DNA of 17,782 bases. Source: Bdellovibrionota bacterium (GTDB lineage: Bacteria > Bdellovibrionota_C > UBA2361 > OMIW01). The stretch spans positions 1 to 17,782 of the forward strand of contig JBIJBT010000059.1 in NCBI GenBank assembly GCA_044345055.1, written 5' to 3'. Every line of letters starts with the position of its first letter. Within the stretch, counting starts at the first letter, position 1. Positions 16,359-17,782 of the stretch are shown here, piece by piece. The translations under genes and the position numbers were made by a program. The notes below the pieces were generated by a model that saw nothing but the letters and a program-made list of their open reading frames with translations, made no database searches and was not told the origin of the DNA.

Positions 16359-16982
16359 ATGAGTCTCACACAGGATAAGATTCGGGTTGGGGTGGCTGGA
16401 GGAGCTTTTGATCCGCCTCATTATGGCCATTTGGTGATGGCATCAGCTGCTCTTAACAGCGGCGCGGTTGATGAAGTATGGTTTGTGCCATCAGGGGATC
16501 GGCCCGATAAAACGTACCGGACAGCAGTTGCTGACCGCATAGAGCTTTTGACCTTGCTCCTCCGAGATGGGGTTCCTGAGAACGAGAAGCGGGTTCGACT
16601 CAGTACTGTAGAGGTTGAGGTTCCCAACCTTGTTGGCACCGTAGAGCTGTTCCGCGAATTGCGGGCCCGATATACGCAACACTCGTTTCGGGCGATTATC
16701 GGGAGCGATCTAGCAAAGGATCTGCCTAAGTGGCGACATCCAGCTGCATTGCAAAAAGAGGTTTCATTTCTGGTCGTGCCGAGAGGTCTAGAGAGCGAGA
16801 AGGAAATAATTGAGCCGAGTCCTGAGTTTCAGATTGAGTATTTGCAAAGTCCTGTCTCTTTTAGTGTTTCAAGTACATCGGTGCGCGCTCTTCTGGCCGA
16901 TAAAAAAAGTGTTATCGGGCTGATGCCACGATCGCTTCTTGAGTATGTAGAGAGAAATAATTTGTACGATGCGATCCGATGA
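16359..16982 (+). CDS. nadD: Nicotinate-nucleotide adenylyltransferase
   Basis: GGAFDPPHYGH (HxGH), VWFVPS, IIGSD...LPKW, VVPR, VSSTSVR, YVERNNLY; purine-rich SD upstream. Confidence 0.93.
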   Translation: MSLTQDKIRVGVAGGAFDPPHYGHLVMASAALNSGAVDEVWFVPSGDRPDKTYRTAVADRIELLTLLLRDGVPENEKRVRLSTVEVEVPNLVGTVELFRELRARYTQHSFRAIIGSDLAKDLPKWRHPAALQKEVSFLVVPRGLESEKEIIEPSPEFQIEYLQSPVSFSVSSTSVRALLADKKSVIGLMPRSLLEYVERNNLYDAIR

Positions 16983-17022
16983 GTGAGTAATAATAGGAGA
17001 GGTTTTTGGAGGAGCTGCTGTG

Positions 17023-17782
17023 TCACGATCGCCCTGGTATTGAGCTTGGAAGAAGAATATTTTTGCTCATGTATGCCGTAGCAATCTCCGGTTTGTATCC
17101 CTCTTGGGCCCATGCTGCGGCAACTAATGGGTCAATTCCTCTATCAGCCCACGGTGTTGCAGCTGATGGGGTAAAACGGGCCGATATCCAGCGAGCCGCT
17201 TCAGAAGCGGTAGTGATTCCTCCAATTTTCCACGCAATCGCCTCTTCGGGCGATACTTCCCGAGCGCGCCAGTAGCCAGCTTCTCGTGGTGTGATACCAC
17301 TTAACTCCCATCTGCCCTGCTCTTGAGCTTGTACTCCAATTCGTTCAAAAGTTATCGCTGACGGATCGTAATAGTTCAAAAACAGGAGTGTCTCGTGCGC
17401 CTGGGTCCGTAAAAGCTTGGGGAGATCTGAGGCAAATTCGGTCAATTGAGCGGCAAGAGCTGGTTCAAGAGTTTCCGCCTCCGAGAAGTATCCAAAAATT
17501 CCGATCGAAATTTCGATCTCTTTCAAACTCTGAGGTAGCTCTGCAAGGGCCCTTGTTGCACCCTCATTATCCCCAACGAGTGGTCCGACCTCAGAAAGAA
17601 ACAGCAAAAAGATGTGGCGCGCGTGAGTGACCTTCGCAACTGCTGCAGCAATATAGCGAGCATCTTCCATGACCGTGAGTTGGGTCTTCATCCTGAAGAT
17701 CTGATCAACCGTTGCTGCAACCTCCTCAAGGTCGTTAAGGAGTGTTTGAAGGCACGAAAGAGCCTCGTGAGCATCGAAGGTT
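17023..17782 (-). CDS. Hypothetical protein with C-terminal 13-aa Trp tandem repeats; 5' end probably beyond the window
   Basis: The frame of ORF 17023..17691 stays open to the window edge (TFDAHEALSCLQTLLNDLEEVAATVDQIFR-MKTQ...); regular W-spaced repeats in the C-terminal part. Confidence 0.75.
   Translation of the reverse strand, partial: TFDAHEALSCLQTLLNDLEEVAATVDQIFRMKTQLTVMEDARYIAAAVAKVTHARHIFLLFLSEVGPLVGDNEGATRALAELPQSLKEIEISIGIFGYFSEAETLEPALAAQLTEFASDLPKLLRTQAHETLLFLNYYDPSAITFERIGVQAQEQGRWELSGITPREAGYWRAREVSPEEAIAWKIGGITTASEAARWISARFTPSAATPWADRGIDPLVAAAWAQEGYKPEIATAYMSKNILLPSSIPGRS

Noticed and set aside
16063..16378. ORFs 16063..16245 and 16172..16378 as proteins
   Set aside because: Short, with no clear SD or motifs; the region is better explained by its dense inverted repeats. 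A leader peptide cannot be fully excluded.
17006..17630. Plus-strand ORFs 17006..17275 and 17388..17630
   Set aside because: Antisense to the Trp-repeat gene, whose regular periodicity identifies the - strand frame as the real one.

Overview
Bacterial chromosomal window of mostly core genes, with moderate GC (estimated by eye); the taxon cannot be fixed from sequence alone. Gene order: a YfcE-type metallophosphoesterase (cut by the left edge, missing from the ORF track) directly downstream of murJ; two small hypotheticals; a complete imuA-imuB-dnaE2 mutasome cassette with no adjacent lexA, divergent from a YjhB-type Nudix hydrolase; an orphan CheY-like regulator with Glu at the phosphoacceptor position, behind a sigma-28-like promoter; a membrane-anchored hypothetical; glutamine-dependent nadE followed by an HTTM-like membrane protein, convergent with a DCC thiol-disulfide oxidoreductase; a chlamydial/plastid-type fabI; nadD; and a protein with 13-aa Trp repeats (cut by the right edge). 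The most striking unexplained element is a ~380-nt, almost continuously base-paired non-coding segment between the divergent fabI and nadD. Its G-U wobbles favour a + strand RNA, making it a candidate novel ncRNA or nadD leader, although a palindromic mobile repeat is not excluded. No rRNA, tRNA, CRISPR array or transposase was recognised.
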